Of a stretch of 64,000 bases of DNA, positions 51,221-64,000 are shown piece after piece; the first letter of the stretch is position 1, and each line of letters opens with the position of its first letter. The notes beneath the pieces were generated by a model, which saw nothing but the letters and a program-made list of their open reading frames with translations, was not told the origin of the DNA and did no database searches. This DNA comes from the human T2T-CHM13v2.0 reference genome, Homo sapiens, in NCBI RefSeq assembly GCF_009914755.1, contig NC_060939.1; one strand, 5' to 3'. The translations under genes were made by a program, and so were the position numbers.

Positions 51221-51383
51221 CATCAGAGAAGAGATGCTCTCTTTCAACAAAGAGCTGTAAAAGCTTCCCCAGCTCATACTGGGTCTTACACTGCTGTAGC
51301 ATAAGCTTCAAAAGGAAACACACCTGATCCTCCAGCCACATGGCAGGGATGACAGGGTGGACCTTTGTGGCTGCTGTGTTAAG
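51221..51383 (-). CDS. SPG11: spatacsin exon 28 (163 nt)
   Basis: AG/GTAAGA; LNTAATKVHPVIPAMWLEDQVCFLLKLMLQQCKTQYELGKLLQLFVEREHLFSD. Confidence 0.95.
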
Positions 51384-53877
51384 CTATGAAAGAAAAAGAG
51401 AAGCTTAGGGAAAGCAGTTTCATGAGAATAGCAAATCAAAACCTCCAAATCTGGGAACCTCTAAGAAAGCTAAAATTCCCTCAAAAGCCATCGCCTGTCA
51501 TGAGGCACTTACTCAGTTCCTTTCCAAATGGCAGGAACTGGTAATGGGGCTCAGAGGACTGGCAAAAACAAGCCCTCCTCAGCAGCTTTGCACATTGTCT
51601 CTTTGTGGAAAGTTCTGGTATAGAGCTGCATGTGTGAAAAAGATGGGCAAGAGTCCTAAAGACTGAATGCTAACTACAGAGTTAATGTAAAATATTCCTA
51701 CTTAGTGACTGTCAAATTAATAGCCCTTTGAGTCACTGTAAAATTAACCAGATGTTTCACTTAGCAGCTTCTTTATTTTTATTTTATTTTTTGAGACGCA
51801 GTCTCACTCTGTTGCCTAGGCTGGAGTACAGTGGTGCAATCTTGGCTCACTGTAACCTCTGCCTCCCGGCTTCAAGTGATTTCTCCTGCCTCAGCCTCCT
51901 GAGTAGCTGGGATTACAGGCACACGCCACCACGCCTGGCTAATTTTTTTGTATTTTTAATAGAGATGGGGTTTCACCATGTTGGTCAGACTGGTCTCGAA
52001 CTCCTGACCTGATGATCCGCCTGCCTTGGCCTCCCAAAGTGCTGGGATTACAGGCGTAAGCCACCGTGCCTGGCCTAGCAACTTCTTTAAAGAGGGATGT
52101 AGGCCTGCCCTTGAATCCAGAGGATTTTAAATTCACATTATAAAAACCGCTTAGAAAGACGTGCCTAACATTACTTCGCTAGTTCTACCACTTTGCTTGT
52201 AGTTTATTCTTGTTAGAGAACGGTCTCAGTTAAGAAGCTTGGATTTACATCATTTCAACTGAATGCTAAAAATATTAATAGGAAGATGAATTCAAGTGGC
52301 AGGCTGCATTTCTACAAGTAGGTGTGGCAAAAATATCTTCTAGGATGCTGCAGGAAAAGGCTGATTTCAGAGGAGTGGTGCTTTCTTACCTGCTGCTGCT
52401 GTTTTTTTTTCTTTCCTTTGTGTTGGTAAAGAACAGGGTCTTCACTATGTTGCCCAGGCTGGTCGAACTCCTGGCCTCAAGCCATTCTCCCACCTCTGCC
52501 TCCCTGAGTGCTGGGATTACAGCTATGATGATAGCGCCCAACAGATGCTTCTTTTGTGACTTCATTCCTGATTTTTACTTTGGTTCTTGCTTCGTATTAT
52601 TTTTGGAAGACTAATATTTGGTTCTCAGTCACTATAGTCTCGTAGTTCACTCTAGACTTCATACAACATAATCACAAAAAATACTGGGCGTTTTGGTGGA
52701 ATAGAAACTTAACTGCCGGGTTTCAAAACACGTATATGTTAATAGGCACCAAAAACTTATAATTCAGTACCTCTGTGCCTAGTGCTGAGTTAGGCCCTAG
52801 TCTTGGCTGAATACTTCCTGTATACTTCTGAACACACCATAAAAGTCATTCTGAAGGTAAGTTTAACATGCAGGGCTTTTTGGCTGTGACGTAGGTTTTA
52901 GAAGACAATATTCCCTTCAATGGAATTCTCAAGACTGCCAAGATCTTAAATTAAGGAATGGTTTATAAAATCATGTGTCACATTACTGCTATCTTCTTAC
53001 CTCTATTTGGAATGAATTTCCTTCTCTACTGTCTTTCCTATGCCCTATGTGGTCCTCCCTGTCCATTTCTCATCCTCTTCTCTTAAATTCCAATAGGACT
53101 TACCTACTCTAAGTAAAAAGATCATTTTGCTTTTGCAGCATCTCCCTTAATGCAAAGTTGTTTAAGGGAATTATTATGAGAAAGAACACTGGTAGTCAGC
53201 TCACTAAATTGCTACTATTCCTGCTTAGACACTGTTCCTGAATGTTTTCTATAACCATTCTGACTGGATTTTGATGTTTAGAAGAACAAAAGTTATATAA
53301 TACTTCTATTCTTTTTTAAAAAATATTTCTCTTCTTGATTCTTTATCCTCCTGAGTGTCCTTGTTAAAATTAGCTGGGATTAGGGCATTAGTGCTTAGTC
53401 TTTATTTAATTACTTGTATACCTAACTCTGTTGCTCTAAGAAGAGGAACAAATGTGAACAGATGATGGAACTGGTTAAGCTGGTCAGGCAAGAATAAGAA
53501 GATACCTGGGAGGTAGCCAACTGGCCATAGGGAGTAATAGGCTAAGGAAATTAATGTGCCTATTTTCTGTGGTTTTAGAATCCTAGGCATATTCAAATAA
53601 CTGATTTGGTATTTTCAAATATATAACTTTCAAATCTTCATTACAGTGAAGACCAGTGTGGCCGGACATGGTGGCTCATGCCTGTCATCCCAACACTTTG
53701 AGAGGCCGAGGCAGGAGGACTGCTTGAGGCAAGGAGTTCCAAACCAGCCTGGGCAACAAAGCAAGACTTCTTCTCTATAAAAAAAATATTAAAAATGATC
53801 GGGTGCAGTGGCTTACGCCTGTAATCCCAGCACTTCAGGAGGCTGAAGTGGGTGGATCACTTGAGGTCAGGAGTTCA

Positions 53878-54105
<228 letters not shown>

Positions 54106-54299
54106 TTAGCCACGCTACTTGGGAGGCTGAGGCAGGAGGATCCCTTGAGCCCAGGAGTTCAAGGCTGTAGTGAGCTGTGATCGTAACACTGTGCCTGAGT
54201 AACCGAGTGAGACACCAAGTCTTTAAACAAAAACAAAAAAGTCCATGCATGCCAACCAAGTGCAGATCAGTGAGAAAGAGCACCATAATTCCAACTTAC

Positions 54300-54407
54300 C
54301 GTTTCAAGGCTCTTCTGAAACTCCAGAAGTTTAGCTTCAGCTTCTTTATAATTCCTGAAGAACATACACAGTTCATACATCTCCATCACCAGTAGTAACG
54401 GGGAATC
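54300..54407 (-). CDS. SPG11: spatacsin exon 27 (108 nt)
   Basis: AG/GTAAGT; DSPLLLVMEMYELCMFFRNYKEAEAKLLEFQKSLET. Confidence 0.95.
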
Positions 54408-54568
54408 CTTTGACAAAGAGTTTGAAAAAAATTACAAAATTTTGAACTTAATATTTTTTCAATGAATAATGCCAAATAAGAGAATGTTAAAAATGCTATT
54501 AATAAGGCAGGGCACAGTGGCTCATGCCTGTAATGCCAGCACTTTGGGAAGCCGAGCCAGTGGGATCA

Positions 54569-54811
<243 letters not shown>

Positions 54812-56087
54812 TTAGCCAAGTGTGGTGGCATGTGCCTATAGTCCCAGCTACTCGGGAAGTTGAGGGAGGATCACTTGAGACCTAGAGGTTGTAGCTGTAG
54901 CTATGATCACATCACTGCACTCCAGCCTGGGCAACAGAGCAAGACTCTGCCTCAAAAAAAAAAAAAAGAAATGCTATTAGCAATAGCTTCACAGATTAAA
55001 TCATGTACGTTAAAGTTAAATATAATTTCTTTTCCTTTTGGAAAAATGATACTCAGTCCAGTTATACCTACTCAACAATCAATTTTCTGTCTACTCTATA
55101 CTTGGCCTATTGCACACAGGCAGGAAGCATTCCACTAGATGGTGCTATGACACCTTTATTATTATTTTTTATTATTTTTTTTGAGACATAGCCTCATTCT
55201 GTCGCCCAGGCTGGAGTGCAGTGGCATGATCACAGCTCACTCACTACAGCCTTGACCTCAGGTGATCCTCCCACCTCAGCTTCTAGAGTAGCTGGGACTA
55301 GAGGTGCGTGCCACCGTGCCCAACTAGTTTTTGTATTTTTTGTAGAGACGGGGTTCACTGTGTTGCCAGGCTGGTCTTGAACTCTTGGACTCAAGTGATC
55401 CATCCGCCTAGGCTTCCCAAAGGGCTGGCATTACAAGTGTGCGCTAGCATGCCCAGGCATAACATTTTAAACACACACACCTGGATAATCTGCTCTACTG
55501 ATCCACCTTACCTACTGTTGCCTGTGGCACTGATTCATACATTTTATTGTTGTCAGTGGGAGTCGCTCAGTCAGATAATAGGAGTTCTGAATTAGAAAGT
55601 ATGGCTCTGAACTGTAAATACACCACTTACTGAAGTATTTTGAGACCTTGGATAAGTTACTTAAGTTTTGTGAGCCTTGATTTATTAGTCTGTCAAATGA
55701 GAGCAACATCACTTCATAATATCTTTTTTTTTTTTTTTTTGAGACACGGTCTTGCTCTGTCACCCAGGCTGCAGTGCAGTGGTGTGATCTTGGCTCACTG
55801 CAACTTCCACCTTGCGGGTTCAAGTGATTCTCGTGCCTCAGCTTCCCAAGCAGCTGGGTTTACAGGTGCATCCTGCCACGCCCGGCTTTTTTCTTTTCTT
55901 TTTTTTTTTTGTATTTTTAGTAGAGACGGGGTTTTGCCATGTTGGCCAGGCTCATCACAAATTCCTGGCCTCAAATGATCCGCCCGTCTCAGCCTCCCAA
56001 AGTGCTGGGATTACAGGTGTGAGCCACCGTGCCTGGCCCATAATATCTAATATTATTTTCACATAGGATTATTGTGAAAACTCACTA

Positions 56088-56520
<433 letters not shown>

Positions 56521-56772
56521 CTAGCCTGGTCAACATGGCAAAACCCTGTCTCTATTAAAAATGCGAAAAAAAAAAAAAAAAAAAAGCCAGGCATGGTGGT
56601 GTGTGCCTGTTTTCCTAGCCATCTGGGAGGCTGAGTTGGGAGGATCACCTGAGCCTTGGAGGTTGAGGCTGGAGTGAGCCTTATTATGACACTGAACTAC
56701 AACCTTACAACCTGGATGACAGAGTAGGACCCTGTCTCAAAAAACAAAATAAAATAAATACGACTTTGCTAA

Positions 56773-57179
<407 letters not shown>

Positions 57180-57227
57180 TGAAGTAATCTCTTAAGCTCT
57201 GGAAAGAAGTGAAGCAACTATCACTAC

Positions 57228-57428
57228 CTTAAAGAAAAGCTGGAAACCTCTGATGAGAGTTTTGCTCTTTTGTCTTGTTAATAATGTTCTCCAGATGACT
57301 GAAAGATCCTCAAGGTTCCAGGTATGGTCCTCTGTTGAGTCCTGAATGTGTCCCATTGCTTCAGTTGCAACATTGTCCTCCACAGAAGTGATGATCCAAA
57401 CACAGAGACAAGAAATGGCACTGGCACC
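57228..57428 (-). CDS. SPG11: spatacsin exon 26 (201 nt)
   Basis: AG/GTAGTG; GASAISCLCVWIITSVEDNVATEAMGHIQDSTEDHTWNLEDLSVIWRTLLTRQKSKTLIRGFQLFFK. Confidence 0.95.
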
Positions 57429-58051
57429 CTGCCACGGGATAAATAAAATAACAACTAGGCCTGGATTACCTGGCAAATGTACAAATACTACAGATGGATA
57501 TTTCCTGTTTAGAATAAGTCACCCAACTTAATTAGTTAAAATGGCTTGAAAAGCCTTCAAACATGAAACAAACTAATGAGCAACCAAGGGACTGTTCTAA
57601 ACTGTCCTGCAGAGTGTTGCAGGTCACAAGACCAAGAAGCAGACAGAAGGGGGTATATGCAAAAGTCAGGGAAGTACTAATCATAAGAGAGTAGGATTGC
57701 CCTCCACTGATCTGCTGATTAAAGGACTGTCTGGAATGTCCCTCTTCCCTGCTAAAGAGGGCACTAAAGAAACAGTGGTGGTCAGTCCACCAAAGCGTCT
57801 TTCTCTGTGACTGCCAACCAGAAACCAAGGCTCTGATCACTTGAGTTCACTGAATGTCAAGGCACAAGAAAGTACACCAAATGGCCCAGAGCCTAAGCTA
57901 GAGAAGCACAAAATGTTGCAGTGAACTTGGAAACACATGCTGGAACCTCACTGTCATCATCACCCCACTTCTGATTATCAGCCTTTCCTGTCCCTCATTA
58001 CTTATTCTATTGTTCTCTGGGTACTTACTTCAGGCTTCTCATGATCCTCAC

Positions 58052-58324
58052 CTGGAGACATGAGGCCAGAACACTGAGGATAGGGGCCTGTTGTTTCACT
58101 GCTTCAACCAGAAGCCAGTGCCAGGAGTCTGGCTCCTCTGAGCATTGGAGCAGAATTTCAAATAAATCGGTCATCTCTTGTTTGCTTCCTTGAAGTTCCT
58201 GGGGGCACTTATTGCAGACTTGATCGCTGTCCATTTTGGAGGTGGGCACTGAGGGCAAGTTCTCAAAAGCCAGCCTTAAGTGGTCTTGAATGACTGGGCT
58301 GAAGTACTGGATAAGGGATTTCAC
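58052..58324 (-). CDS. SPG11: spatacsin exon 25 (273 nt)
   Basis: AG/GTGAGG; VKSLIQYFSPVIQDHLRLAFENLPSV...QQAPILSVLASCLQ. Confidence 0.95.
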
Positions 58325-58629
58325 CTAGAAGGCATATCAGATGATTAAACAGAAACCCAACTTTCAGTTTCAGCTGGAGCTGAAAATGTTAGAGAAAAGC
58401 ATAGACAAAATTATGCTTTCTCACCCTGAACTAAGTCAGAGTGACTATTATGTAATTTTACAAAGCTGTATGGTGCCTTTTAATGAATTTTCATATTCAA
58501 TCTGAAGTCACAAAAGCTTTTCAGCTCTTCAGTACTAGTGCCTTGTCTGATGCCAACCCACTGAAATCTTAGGAAAAATAATAGTATCATATGAAACAAA
58601 AGCCCATGTATCCAGTACGTATCCTGGTC

Positions 58630-58661
<32 letters not shown>

Positions 58662-58751
58662 CTATGTCATGTCTACACAACAGAAAGAATGCTATCTTCT
58701 AAGAAGTGTTCCTATTTCCTTTTGAGTGACTGCTAACAATTAGTGGCTTAC

Positions 58752-58911
58752 CTCTGCTGGGTGGTAGTTGTGGAGTTGGCTGTGAATAATGAACTGCAGC
58801 CAATCATTTGCTTTGGCACATTCTCTAAGGTAAGATATGCTTAGTTTCATATTGTGTAGCCTGCAGAACTGCACCACTAATGCCCATTGGCTGCTAGATT
58901 CACTGGATAAC
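58752..58911 (-). CDS. SPG11: spatacsin exon 24 (160 nt)
   Basis: AG/GTAAGC; LSSESSSQWALVVQFCRLHNMKLSISYLRECAKANDWLQFIIHSQLHNYHPAE. Confidence 0.95.
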
Positions 58912-59100
58912 CTATAATCAGAATTAGAGGTGGGGGTGGTCAAGAAAAAACAAAAAACTCATTAAAATATAGCTTTAGCTTGAACTGGAAAATGAGTAAA
59001 AATGATATAAATTAAAGCACAGTGTATTCTCCAACAAATACTAAATATTTATTAGGCTACTTTGAAAAAAGTAGATTCTTTTTTTTTTTTTTTTTTTTGA

Positions 59101-59208
<108 letters not shown>

Positions 59209-60232
59209 TAGCTGGGATTACAGGCATGTGCCACCACACCCGGCTAATTTTGTATTTTTACTAAAGACGGGGTTTCTCCATGTTGGTCAGGCTGGTCTTG
59301 AACTCCCAACCTCAGGTGATCCGTCCGCCTCACATTCCTGAAGTGCTGGGATTACAGGTGTGAGCCACTGTGCCTGGCCAAAAACAGTAGACTTTTTCAC
59401 CCATAAGGCAGAATAGCTAGCTTAGCATACTGGCACAATTCATTCCTTCCCCAAGTCATCAATCAAGTACCTATTTATACTGGCTGTGTAGCATCCTTAG
59501 GAGAACTGAGGAAGTTGTCAGTCAAGAAACTTTCTGAGCACTTATTTCTCTTGCTCTATTCACTTTAGAGTACTCAGAGGCCTGGTGGGTGCCTGGGCCT
59601 CCTCACCAGGGGTAGGGTACATGTTCCTGCTGCAAGCAGGATTCTGCCAAGAACAGAATCAGTGATAGGATGTACAGAAAAAGGGTGCGTTCTCAGGGTC
59701 TGGAGTGGTTAGGTCAGCCCCAGTGGGGCAGCATAAAGAAGGCATGAAGTGTAAGGAGGTGCTTTTACATACGGTCACTTCAGCTTCCATTATCAACTGA
59801 CATAATAAAATGAAAAAAGTAAGGACATGACTTAAAGTCAAATTTTGGAAGACCCATCCTACATCATCCTCTTCTTCATTTTTTTCCAATCCTCCAAGAC
59901 ATCTGAACCCACATCTTCTGGCATTTCAACATGTACCATTTAAAAGACTTCTCTGACTAGCAGGGCAGTGGAGGAGACAAAGCTGCTCTCCATCTCTTGG
60001 TAAGTCCATCTCTAAAGAGAGAATTGCTATCTTCACCCTCTTTTCACTGATGGCAAGATGCAATTAAAATCATTATTCATTTACTGAGTATCTGCTACAT
60101 GCTAGATAAAGAAGAAGATAAGGTCTAGGGGGATTTAGTGAAAACACCAGAGTTGTTCAAAGAAAAACTAGGCAAACACAGGTTGGCACAATAAGCTTGT
60201 TAGAAAAGAGGCTGAGACTGCAACTCACAAAC

Positions 60233-60341
60233 CTCTTTATTTCCTGTTGCTGAATGCTGTTCCATGTACCTTCTTCTAAGAGAACAAGCAATTCTTCTGT
60301 GGTTGTCTTTTCACCATCAGCTAGTTTAGATAGTTTTTCGG
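60233..60341 (-). CDS. SPG11: spatacsin exon 23 (109 nt)
   Basis: AG acceptor, donor GAG|GTTTGT; EKLSKLADGEKTTTEELLVLLEEGTWNSIQQQEIK. Confidence 0.94.
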
Positions 60342-60598
60342 CTGTAAGAAATATAAACAACAAAATATGGTGAAGAGAAAAAGTCAAAACCTGAGCATTT
60401 CTGTTTGAATAGTGTGGCTCAGGGCCATTTCAGAACCCAATTAAAGTGCCCAAGAAAGTGAGACAAAGAACACACACTCTGCAGGAAAAGGATAAAACCA
60501 AGAAGATAACCATTTTCTCCCCAAACACTCACAATTCAATGCCTTAGACCTCGTCACACCTTCTCTAAACAAAGCAGGCCAGATAAAAGGTGCTGTAC

Positions 60599-60804
60599 CT
60601 ACAGACTCTCTGATAAAGCTGTACTGAGCATCTTCATTTCTGCACTTGTAGCTCAAAATTATATTGGCCACTTTCATATCAACTCTGAGCTTGAGGCTGT
60701 CAAGGCCAAGCAATTCTAAGAAACAAACACATGCAGCTCCTATTGAAGGTATGTGGAAGGAGGAGAGCCCTATAACATAGGCTTCATTGCCTACTTGCTG
60801 GATC
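60599..60804 (-). CDS. SPG11: spatacsin exon 22 (206 nt)
   Basis: AG/GTACAG; IQQVGNEAYVIGLSSFHIPSIGAACVCFLELLGLDSLKLRVDMKVANIILSYKCRNEDAQYSFIRESV. Confidence 0.95.
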
Positions 60805-61830
60805 CTGAAAAAGAAAGGAATCAAAATCACATCAGCACATGAAAATTATGTCTCACCAGGAAAAGCAAATGGAATTAAATCAGTGACAGAGGGAGTGCCA
60901 GCCATGTGATTTGTGGCCTCCTCTCCCTTACCTTTTGCCCCTTGCACATACCCGTTTAGGTTCCTGGTAGCTTTTCAGTTGTCTTTTGGCCCAAGAGCCC
61001 CCCGCTTCCCTTAAGCTGACTTTCTAAAACGCTTAGTCATAGTCTAAACTATTCTTGCTTCCAACTTCATCAAGACATGAAGTACAACTTCTGAAAGACT
61101 GCCAACTTGTGATCTTATCAATTATGAGTACGTATACAAACTACGAAGAATATCAATGCCACTTAAATGTAAGTTTGACATCATGAAGCACATTTAAAAA
61201 AACTCATATAGGCCTTTTATAGGAATAGAAAATTTGGGAAAGACACAAGAAATTACTATTTTTTATTTTTATTATTATTTTTTTGAGATGGAGTCTCGTT
61301 TTGTAGCCCAGACTGGAGTGCAGTGGTGTGATTCTTGGCTCACTTCAACCTCTGCCTCCCGGGTTCAAGCGATTCTCCTGCCTCAGCCTCCTGAGTAGCT
61401 GGGACTACAGGCACCCACCACCATGCCTGGCTAATTTTTGTATTTTTAGTAGAGACAGGGTTTCACCATATTGGCCAGGCTGGTCTCAAACTCCTGAGGT
61501 TGTGATCCGCCCACCTTGGCCTCCCAAAATGCTGGGATTACAGGTGTGAGCCATCGTGCTCAGCCCACACAAGACATTATTAACCATGTTTTTACCATGT
61601 GGAATGGGAAGCTGAGGGCTATCTTTCATTTTCACCTTTCTGAACTACTTGAATACTTTACCATAAAAAAGGTATTACTTTGTTAATTATAAAACAAACC
61701 AATAAAGTAAATCTATATTTAGCTGTTCATTATAGTAAATGCTCCTCTCAATTCTGTGCCTTATAAAAATGAATAATTGAATTATTAAAGACATTAAATA
61801 TAGAATTCACATCTCATCATATAATTCCCT

Positions 61831-61978
61831 TTTTTTAAAGTTCTGGGATACATGTGCAGAACATGCAGGTTACATAGGTATACATGTGCCATGGCAGTTT
61901 GTGGCACCTATCAACCCGTCATCTAGGTTTTAAGCCCCGCATGCATTAGGTATTTGTCCTAACGTTCTCCCTCCCTTA
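61831..61978 (-). mobile_element. 5'-truncated L1PA 3' end
   Basis: aagttctgggatacatgtgcagaac...cctatcaacccgtcatctaggttttaagccccgcatgcattagg; flanking TSD-like aattccct. Confidence 0.85.
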
Positions 61979-62434
61979 GAATTCCCTCTTTAACTGCTAA
62001 TATTTGACAAACTCCTGTATGATTTTAAATTTTATTATTTTTCAAAACATATTTATGTTTTTTCCAATTAACAAAAATCACACACACTAAATGCCAAAAA
62101 CTTAGGACACACAGGGAAGCACAAATGAAAACAACAATAATCACCATCCAAATGTAATCACTGTTAACTGTGGTATGTTTCCAGTATGTTTTTCAATGTA
62201 CATGTAAAACATTATACAGATATGCCCTTTTTTAGAATACAAATTATATTTTATTTTACTTTTTTTGTTTTAGTGGCAGAGCCTCACTGTCACCCAGGCT
62301 AGAGTGCAGTGGCATGACCATAGCTCACTGCTTCCTTGAACTCCTGGGCTCAAGTGATCCTCCTGCTTCCCAAAGTGCTGGGATTACAGGTGTGAACCAC
62401 TGTACCCAGACAAAATTATATTTTAAATACTCAC

Positions 62435-62600
62435 AGCTGCTTGGGAGTCTTGCTCTTGATTAATTCCTGGACCAGAAAAGTACCAAATGCAAATGATGGC
62501 CGCCCATTATGTAAATAATAAGCAAAATTCAGACGTTCCACTATAGCATATTTATTAACCAGGTCAGGGCTAGAGAAATGTGGGAGATGACTCCATGCAT
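62435..62600 (-). CDS. SPG11: spatacsin exon 21 (166 nt; not in ORF track)
   Basis: ttccccctAG|AT...CT|GTGAGT; AWSHLPHFSSPDLVNKYAIVERLNFAYYLHNGRPSFAFGTFLVQELIKSKTPKQ; phase matches exon 22. Confidence 0.94.
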
Positions 62601-62959
62601 CTAGGGGGAAAGTAAAACAATATTAATTATCTGTATATCACCATAATTAATTTCAGATTTGCACATGGAACTCTCTAATGATAAAACTGGTTGCTGTAAT
62701 TATTTTGCATCACTACGTATCACTTTGAATCTACCAAAATCTGATTTATTTTACTTCAGTGTATAGAGGTAGCCTTCATTTTATACAAAGATGTGTACCT
62801 GAGAAGTTGCATAAAAACTCTGGTAAGAAATGATGCTTCAGCCGGGTACGGTGGCTCACGCCTGTAATCCCAGCACTTTGGGAGACTAAGGCAGGCGGAT
62901 GACCTGAGGTCAAGAGTTGAGACCAGCCTGACCAAGTTGGAGAAACCCCGTCTCTACTA

Positions 62960-63118
<159 letters not shown>

Positions 63119-63193
63119 TCAAAAAAACAAAAAAAAGTGTGAGATTCCTGGTCTTGACACCACTAGCTGCGTGACCTTGAGCAACTTATTTAA

Positions 63194-63547
<354 letters not shown>

Positions 63548-64000
63548 TAGAATCTTGCTCGGCTGTCTAGGCTGGAGTGCCATGGCACAATCTCAGCTCA
63601 CTGCAACTTCCGCCTCCTGGGTTCAAGTGATTCTCCTGCCTTAGCCTCCTAAGTAGCTAGGACTTAGAGGCACGTGCCACCACACCTAGCTAATTTTTGT
63701 ACTTACAGTAGAGACGGGGTTTCGCCATGTTGGCCAGGCTGGTCTCGAACTCCTGGCCTCGGGTGATCTGCCCACCTTGACCTCCCAAAGTGCTGCGATT
63801 ACAGGCATGAGCGTGAGCCACTGTGTCCAGCCAGCCACCGCGCCCAGCCCACCCAGCCTCTTTCACCAATGTTTGATAGTTTAATATGTACAGATCTTTG
63901 ACCTCTTTGATTAAATTTATTCCGAAGTATTTTGTGTTCTATTAAAAAATAGAAATGGGATAGTTTTGTTCATTATCTTTTTCAGACAGTTTGCTGTTGG

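Noticed and set aside
59560-60010. Repeat-poor intronic stretch with acidic peptides on the - strand (MPEDVGSD, EEEDD); possible processed pseudogene relic
   Set aside because: No parent gene recognised and no poly-A tail or TSD seen; needs tBLASTx

Overview
This is human (primate) genomic DNA, extremely Alu-rich, with two convergent protein-coding genes. On the + strand is the 3' part of EIF3J: intron 2, six coding exons (exons 3-8; 630 nt, ending ...DYEDFM*) and a long 3' UTR with several poly(A) signals. On the - strand is the 3' half of SPG11 (spatacsin): 20 coding exons (exons 21-40; 3812 nt, ending ...LKDMLAG*), all with GT-AG boundaries that join into one uninterrupted frame. Exon numbering is from recall of the reference genes. 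The introns hold more than 60 Alu elements or fragments, old L1 pieces, a solo ERVK-type LTR with intact TSD, a MaLR LTR, Tigger and MER1 DNA transposons, and MIRs. There is no prokaryotic-type system (CRISPR, phage, operon), and nearly all ORFs in the supplied track are Alu/L1 artefacts. The most notable unexplained structure is a ~340-bp direct duplication shared by EIF3J intron 7 and SPG11 intron 33. Its non-MIR core is more similar between copies than its MIR flank, contains hairpins, and would make the two pre-mRNAs complementary to each other. Also notable are the APA-dependent 3'-end overlap of the two genes, the inverted-Alu context of the EIF3J exon 3-4 circle, and several competing splice sites. 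Repeat boundaries are by-eye estimates.
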